Source: Trichinella spiralis
Taxonomy: Eukaryota
Assembly (NCBI RefSeq): GCF_000181795.1
Contig: NW_003526945.1
Span: 5,369,306 to 5,433,305 of the forward strand
DNA: 64,000 nt
Reading direction: 5' to 3'
In this document: positions 1 to 14,027 of the stretch, piece by piece
Layout of the letters: each line of letters starts with the position of its first letter
Position numbering within the stretch: position 1 is the stretch's first letter
The notes under the pieces: generated by a model
Databases searched by the model: none
What the model saw: only the letters and a program-made list of their open reading frames with translations
Told to the model about the DNA's origin: nothing
Position numbers and translations under genes: made by a program

Positions 1-2699
1 GGACATGAAAACGTCAAATGCGGAAAGCACTCAAATAATTATAATAATACTCATGATCTACATCCAAATTACTCTAATTAACAAACGTCTGAATTAAATG
101 CTCGATAACTTACAGCTCGAATTTATATAAATTACAGACTCAAGAACTCCTCAGTGAACTTTAACTAATTAGCCTAACTCAAAGAATTATACTTACCAAA
201 CTTACCCTTGTCTTCGAGATGTCTTCTTTTATCTTCTATTATTCTGTATCTAAATATAGAAGAATTAATTTAATGAAATAATGTTATAATAAATAAAAAA
301 CAAAGCCGTTTTTATTGCTCTTCTTCGTCTGTCATCGCATTGAAACGCCACTGTTCATTCGCCGCACATCGTTCGCCTACAATCATTTGAAATGAGTTTC
401 TAGAGCAACTAATAGTAGCCACAGGAAAATTTACATAAAGTTCATTTCTATTGATTAGCAAGTATGAAACGTATTTCATTTCGTTGAACAAATATTATGC
501 AGGTCACGCATAAGCTCAAAAGCAAACAAATTAAAATGCAAATTCAAATTGAAACTGCACCACGCCTTTGTTTGAAAAGATAAGATTCTTCTATATCTAT
601 TAACACACCTTACTCAGTAGTTAAAGCACAAATAGATTGAGCAAATATCGTTCAAGGCTTCTGCTAGTCAACAAAGTCAATTTAACTGGTGCTCTGCTAA
701 TATGAAGTTAATTTTCAAATGGCCCAATTTGCATAAAAGACAGACACTGCGCACGTAACGGTAAACGCCAGGTTATGTAAGTTGAATATGCTACTCAAAT
801 ATGAATTAGAACATAATGTCAACAAAAAATAAACAATGATTAAGCGCACTGGTTGCGCTCTATGACAAGCAAAATTAAATAGACGATAATTTTGATTTAT
901 CTAATGTCTTCATTTTGCAAAATTTAGAAAACAATATAAAGTGACAATGAAATTAAATTGAAAACAATTTCTGTATGAAAATGGTATTTTTCTGTCTTGC
1001 ATAATAGATATCACTATACGCTTAATGATATTCTACCTGCTAAGAAAAGAATGAAATTGAATGCTATAGGCAAGTGTAAATTGGAAATTTTACCGTCTTC
1101 TTTAGTTAAATCTAGACGATTACGCGAAATAACAAATTGAAATAAAGATTTGTTCAAAAACTTCAACGTTCAACTACATATAATTAAGAATTTTCCTTTA
1201 AAAGTATTTCAAGTTTTGCGCATCTTTAAATTGAAAATTGCCTAAATACTTAATTATACATGCATTCAGAGGAAAACATCAAGAAAGTAAGATTCATTAT
1301 TAAATTTTCACCTGAATGTAGCATTTTGCACTTGTACCTTGGTTACGCACCGCCACCGCTTATCGAACAGCATTGTAATAAAATAATAACTATGGATACA
1401 ACATTTGCATTTCTCTTATTTGTTTATTACTTAGTAACCTTCTTATCATTAATTTGGCAATTTGAATAATGTATATACTGTATTTCGAATTATCAATTAT
1501 TTTTCCGCGATTTTACTTTAAAAGTACACTTTAACTTCATATTAAAAGTTGCTTTTACTTTTCCTCATTTTATCGGCTTCATTTCCTTTTTATGCTCTGT
1601 ATTCTGTGCTCATGAAAGATAATACAATCTGCTGGAATTACGGTATTCATATGAAATGAGACTTGTATTCATTTCATGGACAACATTGAAACTGTAGTGC
1701 AGCCATGCCGGCTATCATCCGCTAGATTAATACCTGCAGATTTTCATATACTTTTAATTTATTGCTTTGTGATTCATGCCTGAATTCCTGATATATTTTA
1801 ATGCCGTTTGTGATTTTTGCCTTTTGTGCTTGCTTGCGAACAATGAGACATCTGATGATTTTCTGACAATCTTCACATTCTCGTGTCAGCCCAACAAAAT
1901 GGTGAACCTGATTAACAGATATAATTTTCCAGCGGCAGCCACAAATGCATTTCTTTTCCACGGCTTCCCTATTTTGGACCTATTTTTCCAAAAACTCTGC
2001 CCACATTATCATACGCAAACTTTTGTGCCCCACATCGCAATGGCTGCCACTATGACGCGTTTTCTTCATCCAGCTTGCCTGTCTGTTTTCTATATAAATC
2101 CTACACTGACACTAAAATCCCCTTTTCCAACTTCCCCTTCTCGAATCTCCATTTCAGCTACCAACTCCGTCACTGACCCACCGCCCCTACTTTCTCCTCC
2201 CTCAGCCTCAGTCAGTCGATTTTTTATGAAATTGATGCAGGAAATGTTGCTCTTAACTGCTTTCTTCGATTTCCTGATTCTTATGCAACCGGCTCTCATA
2301 AGAATCTGAGTGTGCTGGAAATTGCACTATCAGTAGTATTAACTATTGTTGAGGATGCCGCAAGATAGAATGTCTTGTCTTGTGAAATCTAATGCGGTCG
2401 AATTACTCATTTACCAGCAGAAAATTAATTATGGAGTAGAAATGAAACTGAAAGTGCATATTTATAGTTTTGTAAAAAGAAATTATGTTCCTTCATTTAA
2501 TGTAAAATATACAGAGGCGTTTAATTTATAAAGAGGGGCGGATGTAGTATACAAAAAGATTTATCATGTACATGTATAATTATACATAACAGTCTAACGA
2601 GGAACAAAACAGTGCCGTTTTTTCATATAAACAAAATTGGAATCTCAAACACGTAATAGAATAACTTTCAAATTAATGATTTTAATTGTATTTCAAATG

Positions 2700-3200
2700 A
2701 ACGGCACGTTTTGATTCCGTTTGAAACTTAACTTTTCTGTTACCAGGTCAATATCAATGGAAATTCAGAATGAATGTACACATTGATGCAAGTCTGTTCA
2801 GTCGTTTTTCTGTCATCGTAGTCCGGAAATAGCTTTTTAGATATTTCTCTGCAGTAAAGCTTCGTTCTGCGCTGGCTCAGTCGATTGGGTGAGTGACGAA
2901 TATCTGTAGGAGTAAGGACACGATCGGGTAATAATCATTTGGACGCAATGCAAGAGCATCAAACGAATTAGCTGGATAATGTTAAAGATGCGCGTTTTCC
3001 CATTTTTTTAGCGTGTAATTTCACACTTGAGTAGCTCGCTTTGGTCGTCGATATATCTTTACCAGGTCACCATCGAATTTTCTAATGGGCTTAAATCATA
3101 CTGATCAAAATCGAGAAATAAGGGCACTTAATTACTGCGGTGTTGAAGAACTTCGTAAACCATTATATGTGTTGTGTAATGGTATACCATTATTTATTTG
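2700..3200 (-). mobile_element. Degenerate hAT-superfamily transposase remnant (C-terminal dimerisation domain)
   Basis: Minus-strand translation YYPIVSLLLQIFVTHPID*ASAERSFTAEKYLKSYFRTTMTEKRLNRLA..(frameshift)..YIHSE resembles the hAT dimerisation consensus (P..SA..ERSFS.LK..K.YLR.TM...RL..L). It has an in-frame stop and a frameshift. Boundaries approximate. Confidence 0.8.
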
Positions 3201-6200
3201 CATGGGAGTAGTCACTCTTAATATTTGACCTAGAATATTATGTATTTGTATAAATTTTCAAAATTCAAAATGATAGTAATACAGGTAAAACAATGTCTTC
3301 TATTTACATGTTGTCTTTCTTTCTCTGTCAAACCTATGTATGCATTTCCAACAATTCCTACTCTGGAAAAATAATTAAGAATTAGAATTGTAAAAACAAA
3401 TCGTATGAATTTCAATATTATTACCATGCACTTTTATTCAGCTTCAATTACTTTCTATAACATGGCTATTGCATATTTATTTATCTGATAATATTCATGC
3501 AATTGACATAACAGATAATCACATAATTATTGTATCACTTACTTGCTTTTAACATGCAAATAAATTTAAGTCTGTACAAAATGGTGAATGCCTGTCTTAT
3601 GCAGGTTCCAGTAATGGCTGTATTGATGTGGTACATGTTTGTCTGCAGCATCTATAAGAAACAAAAGCAATATAGGGGTAGGAATATTTCAATGTTAGTA
3701 ATAATAGCGGAAAACCCAAAGTCATTAGTCGTATTGGGTAAAACAAGCATAGAATATTTACACATTGTCAAATATCATTTACCTGCTAATTATAGACAAT
3801 ATGCAATAGTGTGATTACATTTGCGCCTCTTCTTGTGGCGACCAACAAAGTAACCGATCACAAACGTGACATTCTGCAATATTGTATGACAGTAAGTTCG
3901 GTTTGGGAAAACAACCTAATTCTTGATGAGTAAGAGCGTAATAGCATAAATTAAAAGTGATCTTTTATTAATTTGTTTGCTAAAATGAAAGCTCTTTTGC
4001 TTAAAGACATGTAAGGTGATGAACAATGCAAATAGTATGAAAATTCATTTCATCAAGTTCATTTAGCATATTAAAATCTACAATTAGTTGTGAAAAAAAT
4101 TGAAATTATTATTCTTGATACTGACTGCACGCCATGCAAAATATTTTACATTACTATCAAATATTTAGGCGGGAAATAGCTTTATAAGAAAAGAGGAAGA
4201 TCTAGTTAAGGAATAGACAATGCAATTTTATTACATACATTCTCGAAAGGATCTCTAAAAGGAATTCCATTTTTCATTCTCATTACTGGAAATTATCAAT
4301 CCAAGCATAGAATGAATGTCAGTAACAGAAAATAGAAATCTGCTAGTTTTCAGCTGGGCTATTGTTGAAGTCGTACAATCATAAAATATGAAGCATAAGC
4401 TATTTTTGAATCATAGATGATTTAAGCGAGTAAAATTGAAAACACTGCTTCACTGATGGCCATATCACACTACTATAATGAATTGCTAACCACAAAGAGC
4501 ACATTCTGAAGAGATGTACAAGAGTAAGTGTACAATATGAATAGCATATCACATTGACTGTGGTGTAGTAACAGCGTAATAGCCTAATAGTAATGGAAAA
4601 CTCGAGGCAAGAACGATCTGAATTATTCTTGACCGTTTCTCAAATGCCCATTATTTTGTGTAAGACTGTTTTCAAGGCATTGCTAAAATTGTTTCAAATG
4701 AATTCAGTGTAATAATTCATTTGATAGATTTCAGACAATTCATTTATTCAATTACTTTGATGTGTTTTCAGAATTTATTCCTCCCGGGAACAGCTGCATT
4801 AAAAGTCCGTCTCCAGCAAGAAGAGCACTGAAGCATTCAACAAAATAAATCTACATTCATATATGCACATGTTAGGTATTAATGAAGATTGAAAATAATA
4901 GTAATGACGATACTGAGCATTCAACAACACGAATTGATTGTTTACCCAACGCAGGAGAAACTTAGAATGCATACCTTTTAGACACTCAAGTATTAATGAA
5001 TATTAACAACAATTCTGGAATGAATTTATTTAGGTTTATTGCAAATAAAATAATATTGTAATTAAAAGTGAAAGAATTTACCACTTCAATGGCACTGCGA
5101 TCAATTCTGGGGCAACAAGTCTGTAAACAGTTACAATCGTACAGAAAGGAAAGAAGCCTGCATTTCCAAGATAGAAAATGTTGCACAAAAGTATCCAGTT
5201 TCAGAAAATACCATGTTTTAATGTGGAAAAATGTTTAAATTACACAACATCCTCCATCATAGTTAATTTTCAAAAAAATATCAAAACCTAGAAATGTGCC
5301 AACGCTATAGGCCATTTATTCTGAAACTGCTGGGTAATCATTGCTTAAATATTGCACGGTACGATAAGATAAAATAAATTTAATGAAGTGAAAAAGTTGA
5401 AGTTTGACAATACAGAAGAAGCATCAGTTATGCTTAAAATCGGAGAAAGAACTCCGCAAATTGCAGAACCATTACTACAACAGTGAAGAAGTATCAGTAA
5501 CTCACCATAAGAAAGAAGCTAAGCAGAGGAGGTGAATGAAACTGCACATGAAAAATTGGTACCGGTATTTTGGATAAACTGTTGGACAAAATGTGGGATA
5601 ATGGATTGGGCTGTGGCAGGGTTCACCAATTATTCAGTAACTTTCTCATAGATTGCATAGTACATTCATCTTGCACTATATTGTTCGCACTCCATTCGTG
5701 ATTAACAGGTTGTTTGATGTGAATCATATATGAACAGAACAGAAGCCAAGGAATGAAAGATCGCTTCCTTTGAAATTGAAGATGGTATTGAGGAGAAGAG
5801 CTTTGCGCGCTTCCTGACTGCTGCTCAACACACTGAAAAACTGAATAATGATCAGGATTACATTCTTCAAATTTGTTCAGGGTCAAGTGGAATAAATTTG
5901 AATATGACATTGCGCTAGGTGAAATCACTGCATGATTAGTCCTAATAGCGTAATGACATCATCACAATCGAAACAGTTACTAATTATAAAAGTTATTGGG
6001 ATTTTATTCAACTCTGATGTAATATTATACAATGTAGATCAATATATTTTCAGCTGCTGATTTGAAAAGTTGTTGTTCTTCATAAATTGAAATGAAAGAA
6101 AAGGGATATAACGTAAAAGGAAGAAAATTAGATAACTCAAACAAAAAAATATTGCATCACGCAACGCATTTTGAATGGATACTTTACTCAAATGTAAAAA

Positions 6201-7567
6201 ATGTCACGTATACTGAAAATCATGCATCCTGGTTCCGTTTCGAGGAAGTTGCAGATGGGCAGCTTTCCTGCAAATAAAGATAGACAAGGCGCCAAGTTTA
6301 CTGCCCATTTATTCCAAAACTAATGGTCAGTTGCTAAATAAACAATTAATAGCACTATCATTTATCAATGTGAACATCATCTGAACAACAGAAAGAAAGT
6401 TTTCAACCTTTCGCTGTAAAACAGCAAACGCTGTAATAGCCAAAGACATTTACGAAAAGGTCGATAAAACGATTTCCTTTCAAAATGATATGAAATGATC
6501 GGAAAAATTAGAAAACAACAAGGATCTTCGTCCAACTATTCTTGTAGCGTATTCGTCATATGTGCCTTTACAGTTGTAATAGAATAAATTGTTCGAAGTA
6601 ATGGAACATTAGTAATGGAATATTAGTGTGAAGGAAAACAAGAGAAATAAAATATGCAGAATAAATAAATATGCAAAGAAAGCCATATTGTGAATAGTTA
6701 TTTCAAAACTTCTAAATGCATGAGCAAAAAAATCATCTCATCCAAGTAAAATTTGTTCCTGACTTTTGTATATCGGTTACAGCATCCTTAAAACGTAAAA
6801 TTTTTCAAACGTATTTTCTTTGATTAATTGCGCATTTGAAATCAGAATTCATCACAATCAAGAGATGGGAATGCAAATTTTATGCAATGTTGCATTTATT
6901 CCTTTCATAAATGTTAAACTAGGAGACAAGTAGTTTTATCAAATTTCTCGAAAATAAATCATCGATTCCATATAATTCAAAATTTATGAACATTTATTCC
7001 AGGCACTACTGTTTTCATTTATAATTTGATTAATTGCTCTTCTCAAATGCGAATTGGCTATAATGAACAGATAGGAATGCAATTTTGATGCAAAATTCCA
7101 TTTGTTCCTTCTATAAATACCTAATTTGAAAACCAGTCCTTTACGGAGAAACTCTCCAAAACACTATCTTTTATTAATATGAAACTATAATCATCAAAAA
7201 AAGTCCAAATTTCGAAAACAAATTTTTCGCCGATTTTCGCAAAAACAGCCAAGTCTATACCCCATGAAATTTTGAAATTTTCGAAAAAAATATTTTTTCC
7301 AAAAATTAAATGTATTGATTTATATCGGTAGACAATTATTCGCAAAGTATTATAAACGAATCCGGACCGTTCGTGATTGCGTACTTCTTGAGATATATCA
7401 AAGAACCTGAAACTTAAAATAGGATTTTAACGAAGTCGAAATGAAAAAGAATAAAAAATAAAAGTTAAAAAATGTGCATATGGAATAGTGTCATTAATTG
7501 AAACAAAAAAACTATCCATGTTGTCACCTGAAAAAAGGAATGTACTTTAATAAAAATTGTTGATACG

Positions 7568-9276
7568 TCACTAGTGGTGCTTGAATTCAGCTTCAATTAG
7601 CTGCATATGGAAATTGCGAAAGAGTCATTCTTCTGCCTATCGCATAATTGGGCTGATCTATCTAATTACTAACCTCTGCTATCCTAGAAGCGGAATTAAT
7701 GAACGTTTGACAACTATTAAATAGCTCAACACGATAAAATATTAGCAGAAAAGAAATATGCTTTTCCCAAAAAGCAGACAAAAGACACTTGTTAATGACC
7801 ATCAGAAATTAAGCCGGAAAATTTTCAACACTACCTAAGCACAAATTCAATCATCTTATCGAAAAGCAGTCCAAAACATTTAACTGTTCATCTGTTTATG
7901 CACGTCGATTGAATAATAGAGTTTTCACAGAATGATAGTAAAGCGTAACATCATTCGTTGTGCCATGATTTTGAAATTATGTAAATTTTTATTAAACAAA
8001 TACTTCTGAAGTGTTGATAATTAAATTAAAAACGTAATACAATAATTCAATTTTTATATTGAATTCCGTTGAAGAGAAATAAAATTATGAATTTTGACAA
8101 ATGAACATTCATATGCGAATTCAAGAACGTTTGGATAAACGTGTGTGTTCGTCAGGTTGAATTTTAAGCAAAAAAGAGAATTGTCAGCAGCAGCTGAATT
8201 TCAAAAATAAATCATCAAAGCAGCGCTAGCAAGAAAATGATTAAGCTGTGTAGCAATTTTTTCTGATTTCCTGCCTTTTCAACAACTGGATTTTCATTTT
8301 TAATCCGTAACCACAAAAACCGTTGATTTCAAGGCAGAAATGTATATAGCAGTGCTTACAAATTTGAAAATTTCCATTAAATCTATTTGAAAACAAAACA
8401 AAATATAGTAAATTTTATTTTCAAGAATTTTTGACATTAAAACAAAGAACAGCATTTCTATTGAAATTATTTATAAAAGCGAATATTATTAAAAACAGTG
8501 CTGCTGATCGAATCAGCTTTCATGATGACTGCTCAAGCATTTGTTGAAGGATTTCACTGTCCAACGGCGCCGTCTGTCCCGGTGGTGGTAGCAAGTCAAA
8601 GAATTTATTCACGTTTTGCTTTGTCTGCTGGATCTTCTTCTTTCTTTCCTTCTTCCTCAACTTTACTGCTCTGTAAATCATATACCCAAATGCGACCAAC
8701 ACGCACAAAGCGGAAAGCACGAAAAGCGCGAAAGTACCTTCCTTCCACATCGCAATTTAATGCAACTATCAAGCTCGAACTTTGATAAGAACTAAAGAAC
8801 GCGGCATACAAGACGTAACTCATGCTTTAAAGTGTTTAAACAATTTGGCATTCAAACTTGTTTAAATGACAGCACTGACTTCTTTAAAGTAACCTCACAA
8901 TGTTAAATTATTTAGAGTAGAAGCTATTTTTTAATTCAAATTTGACAATTGCAAAATTGAAATTGAACACTTAATTGAGTATGGCAAATAGTTTCTAATT
9001 GTTATTCAAATATTTTACAGAGTTCATTATCAATGTTATGAACAAAATTATGAATGTTTTCACCCGAAAAAAAGAATCGATTTTAATAAGAACTGTTCCT
9101 GATTTTCATTAAAGTAACAGAAAGTTTCAAAATTAAAAATCTTTGTTCACTGAATATTTTTGATTTATTACAATTCAAAGATAAGAATTAACCAAAATTA
9201 TCACATTAGAAAGCTATTTCGTGCAACATTGCAGTCTTTTTATTCCATAAATTTCAAATGCTCAAACCGGCAACTT
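7568..9276. repeat. Segmental duplication, copy 1 (about 1.71 kb direct repeat)
   Basis: Starts tcactagtggtgcttgaattcag and ends ctcaaaccggcaactt. Near-identical to 12318-14027 (offset 4750-4751). Confidence 0.97.
8520..8750 (-). CDS. Putative 76-aa single-pass membrane microprotein, copy 1
   Basis: ATG start, N-terminal hydrophobic helix (FALFVLSALCVLVAFGYMIY), Lys/Arg-rich stop-transfer segment and a PPP motif. AATAAA on the minus strand at 8414-8419. ORF intact in both duplicate copies. No homology recognised. Confidence 0.55.
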   Translation of the reverse strand: MWKEGTFALFVLSALCVLVAFGYMIYRAVKLRKKERKKKIQQTKQNVNKFFDLLPPPGQTAPLDSEILQQMLEQSS

Positions 9277-12200
9277 CATCAAATATCTCAAAAAATGAAA
9301 TTCCCAATAATGCAGCTATAACTTATACGTCAATACTTGATTCAGCGCGTCATAGTTAGAAACTGCGTGTTTCATGTAAAAAAATATTATATCCTATAAA
9401 GATATGTTCATTTTCATTATCACTCACAGCAAACACGTGGCAATTTGAATTCAATTATTTGGGCAATGATTGTATTCTGTCATTCAAAGGGAGCAATAGA
9501 TTCAGCATTTAGCGGTGGAAATAAATTCCAAATGCTGTAAAAAAATAAATGTATAAACAATTTACACCAAAGAAATCCTCCCAAGACTGGTGTTTTTATG
9601 AATGTTTGGAGATATCCACTTAGAAGTTCAGTTAAACAAACGACTTGTATTCAAGAAAATGGCTAGAAACTCTTTTATAATTTCGTCGTAATTGCAAACA
9701 ATTTTGTACAACTTGAACAAACATTAATTTTCAATAATACGCAATCGTGGCTTTGCTGAGAAATCTGCGAATACGACTAGTTAAGAGGGTTAGCATTTAT
9801 TGTAAAAATGTACATGAACATAAATAACATATAAAAGTGACATTGTAGCGATATTAGTTCTATGGATAATAATAAAAAACATAACATTTGAAAATATTTT
9901 GGAAAGGTAAACAGCAGATTCAGAACATATGAATAATTTAACAGTTTGACACAGAATACAAAATTAGCATAAATGATTGCAAATAAAAACTCTTTTAATG
10001 TAAAATCAATTTATCGAAACAATACTCAGAACTATCCTGTCTATTAGGGATGTTGCTCTCATTTTTCACATCTTCCCTATTGCATACTTTTGACGGATTT
10101 CAACGTGTTTACCTATTGGAATGTATTATGTCATGAATCGCCTTGGATTTTAGCATCTGATTAATAAGGATAGAAATACAAAAAACAAAAACTAGAAATA
10201 TTTGCAAAATAACATCAAAATTAAAAATTTAGTAATACAAAATTAAATTTCAGCACATTGTTTCATATGATCAGAATTTTACAGATGCATGCTAATTCTC
10301 TTCTCTTAATTATGATCACATTTATAAAAAACAAACAAATGTATTTTCCAATGAAGCACTAATTGAAAAGGATTTGTTAATTTAATTATTTTGATGCTAC
10401 ATTTAATAAATTTAATTTTTATCAATATCACCTCTATCAAAAGTTCAATGCTGGAACTTAACATTTCAAAAACGTGCTTCAATTTAACGACTATATTTAA
10501 AAAATTAAAAAATTTAATACGTAAATTTTTATAATGCATACACTTTGAATGCAAACAAAAAGAGAATGTGACATTAGCGAATATTAATATCAAGTTTCAC
10601 TCCAGAATCCATCAAAGGGTTAAAAGCGGACTTCAGTAGTAGTTTCGTATTGCGATAATAAACTGAGAGACCGGATATTGTTAGTCACTTTAGTTAAACA
10701 AACAAGCACATTGCTACTGGCAACAAAACGCTGCTGGAAAATTCAATTTGCATATTCGCAAAAGCAATGTTATTCGACCTAGTTTACCTGCACTAACACT
10801 CAACTGTTTTTCTTGACTCATCTGGGCAGTATTACAAAAAATATTAAAAATTGCCAGTAATGTAAAATATCAAAACATATCAAATAAATCTCATTCATAA
10901 TAAACTACCCTAATAACTGAACATCAAAAGCAACTGCCAACAAACTGCCCTCTAAAAAATTGTTCAAATTAAAGACTTTCAAAAGAAATCAGGTGGATAA
11001 CTGAATATTGTTCATTAATTAAAAAGGATCATAAGTTTTTGTTGCCTTCCCGCGATGAATAATTAACTGAGATAACTTTATCTGACGACATTGTTAAATT
11101 CATTTGTAGTCAATGTTATCAAGTTAACAAAAAATGTTGATATACATCACGTCAGACGAACAAACTTCACGTAGCGTATCTCGACAAAGAATATCTGGAC
11201 AAACTGAAATTTTAATTGCTGCTAATCGTAAACATTGACACATTTTACACATATCTCATTTATAATAGAATACTTTGATTATTCCATGTCTATAAAATTT
11301 TCCTGATAAAGCGCTTGAAATCTTAGATGTGAAATTTCAGAAATTACACTACAGCAATAAAGATGAAATAAGTAAATAAAAGCGACACTTAACTAAATTA
11401 GCGTCTCCTGTTGGTTGAGATCTATCCTTCTTTACATGCAATTCCAAACCACGACAAAAAATTTCTAGAAATAATAATAAAATGAACAAAAAATCATATC
11501 TAATTTATGGGCCTACGACCGTCTTTCTATTGAAAACGCAACACCATTCACTCTCAGCATACCGTTAGCCAAAAATTATTTCTACGAATGACGCAAAAGC
11601 GATTGCATAGCACTTAAATAGAGTTTTCCATGTAATTAATTGGTGAACAAGTACTACTTCCATTGTTCACTCCACTGGGCCGACATAATTTTGGTGTATG
11701 TTAGCAGAAAGGCAAACAAATGGCGAGATCTCACAAATACATTTCGATGTCAGAGAAACAAACTTCATTTCAATTTGCCTTCGGATAACATAATTCAAGT
11801 TGATGAAACAATCAAATATTTCTATTAACCATTATAATCAGCAAATCATGTATCTTCAAAGTTCAAAACTGTCATATAACGTGCAAAATTGAAAATCACT
11901 GAAAAGATAGTCATAAATTATCAATGTTTACGCAAAGTATCAAAACATTAGCATTATTTATCATTTCGTATTTTAAAGTCTGATGAAAGAAAATCTACAA
12001 TTTAGTTATAATACAAGCCAAGTGCACTTTAAACTGCCTAAATATGAAAATCTAAACCCTTCTAAAAAATTATTCAGAAATAAAAAATTACTTTTTAATG
12101 CTTCGTACTTCAGATTCAAAAATGGCTTTTTCAAAAAAGGAATACATTCCACAGAAAATGTACAATAAAACAATTAATTTTAATTTAATGCAAGAATTAG

Positions 12201-12317
12201 AGTGCTGCCGTGTAAATTTCCGTGCCGTAAGACGTGCCACATGCATGATGAGAAAACAATAGAATATTTTAAACAAAATACATTACCATTTTGCTTGTTC
12301 AGAATTTGTCAATCACA

Positions 12318-14027
12318 TCACTAGTGGTGCTTGAATTCAGCTTCAATCTGCTGCATATGGAAAATGCGAAAGACTCATTCTTCGGCCTATCACATAATTG
12401 GGCTGATCTATCTAATTACTAACCTCTGCTATCCCTGAAGCTGAATTACTGAATGTTTGACAACTATCAAAAAACTCAACACGATAAAATATTAACAGAA
12501 AAGAAATATGCTTTTCCCAAAAAGCAGACAAAAGACACTTGTTAATGACCATCAGAAATTAAGCCGGAAAATTTTCAACACTACCTAAGCACAAATTCAA
12601 TCATCTTATCGAAAAGCAGTCCGAAAGATTTAACTGTTCATCTGTTTATGCACGTCGATTGAATAATAGAGTTTTCACAGAATGATAGTAAAGCGTAACA
12701 TCATTCGTTGTGCCATGATTTTGAAATTATGCAAATTTTTATCAAACAAATACTTCTGAAGTGTTGATAATTAAATTAAAAACGTAATACAATAATTCAA
12801 TTTTTATATTGAATTCCGTTGAAGAGAAATAAAATTATGAATTTTGACAAATGAACATTCATATGCGAATTCAAGAACGTTTGGATAAACGTGTGTGTTC
12901 GTCAGGTTGAATTTTAAGCAAAAAAGAGAATTGTCAGCAGCAGCTGAATTTCAAAAATAAATCATCAAAGCAGCGCTAGCAAGAAAATGATTAAGCTGTG
13001 TAGCAATTTTTTCTGATTTCCTGCCTTTTCAACAACTGGATTTTCATTTTTAATCCGTAACCACAAAAACCGTTGATTTCAAGGCAGAAATGTATATAGC
13101 AGTGCTTACAAATTTGAAAATTTCCATTAAATCTATTTGAAAACAAAACAAAATATAGTAAATTTTATTTTCAAGAATTTTTAACATTAAAACAAAGAAC
13201 AGCATTTCTATTGAAATTATTTATAAAAGCGAATATTATTAAAAACAGTGCTGCTGATCGAATCAGCTTTCATGATGACTGCTCAAGCATTTGTTGAAGG
13301 ATTTCACTGTCCAACGGCGCCGTCTGTCCCGGTGGTGGTAGCAAGTCAAAGAATTTATTCACGTTTTGCTTTGTCTGCTGGATCTTCTTCTTTCTTTCCT
13401 TCTTCCCCAACTTTACTGCTCTGTAAATCATATACCCAAATGCGACCAACACGCACAAAGCGGAAAGCACGAAAAGCGCGAAAGTACCTTCTTTCCACAT
13501 CGCAATTTAATGCAACTATCAAGCTCGAACTTTGATAAGAACTAAAGAACGCGGCATACAAGACGTAACTCATGCTTTAAAGTGTTTAAACAACTTGGCA
13601 TTCAAACTTGTTTAAATGACAGCACTGACTTCTTTAAAGTAACACTCATAATGTTAAATTATTTAAAGTAGAAGCTATTTTTTAATTCAAATTTGATAAT
13701 TGCAAAATTGAAACAGAACACTTAATTGTGTATGGCAAATAGTTTCTAATTGTTATTCAAATATTTTACAGAGTTCATTATAAATGTTATGAACAAAATT
13801 ATGAATGTTTTCACCCGAAAAAAGGAATCGATTTTAATAAGAATTGTTCCTGATTTTCATTAAAGTAACAGAAAGTTTCAAAATTAAAAATCTTTGTTCA
13901 CTGAATATTTTTGATTTATTACAATTCAAAGATAAGAATTAACCAAAATTATCACATTAGAAAGCTATTTCGTGCAACATTGCAGTCTTTTTATTCTATA
14001 AATTTCAAATGCTCAAACCGGCAACTT
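12318..14027. repeat. Segmental duplication, copy 2
   Basis: Direct repeat of 7568-9276. Confidence 0.97.
13270..13500 (-). CDS. Putative 76-aa single-pass membrane microprotein, copy 2
   Basis: Differs from copy 1 by one synonymous change (K3 AAG/AAA) and one R-to-G change. Confidence 0.55.
   Translation of the reverse strand: MWKEGTFALFVLSALCVLVAFGYMIYRAVKLGKKERKKKIQQTKQNVNKFFDLLPPPGQTAPLDSEILQQMLEQSS

Noticed and set aside
5560..5930. Coding-like fragment (KIASFEIEDGIEEKSFARFL...)
   Set aside because: Interrupted by stops, with no recognisable family or consistent splice model.
7120..7450. Possible MITE-like segment just before duplication copy 1
   Set aside because: The composition differs from the flanks, but I found no terminal inverted repeats, target-site duplication or second copy.
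8498..8823. Alternative ORFs (95 aa on +, 72 aa on -) in the duplicated segment
   Set aside because: They overlap the more protein-like 76-aa TM ORF, and their conservation between copies is explained by the recent duplication.
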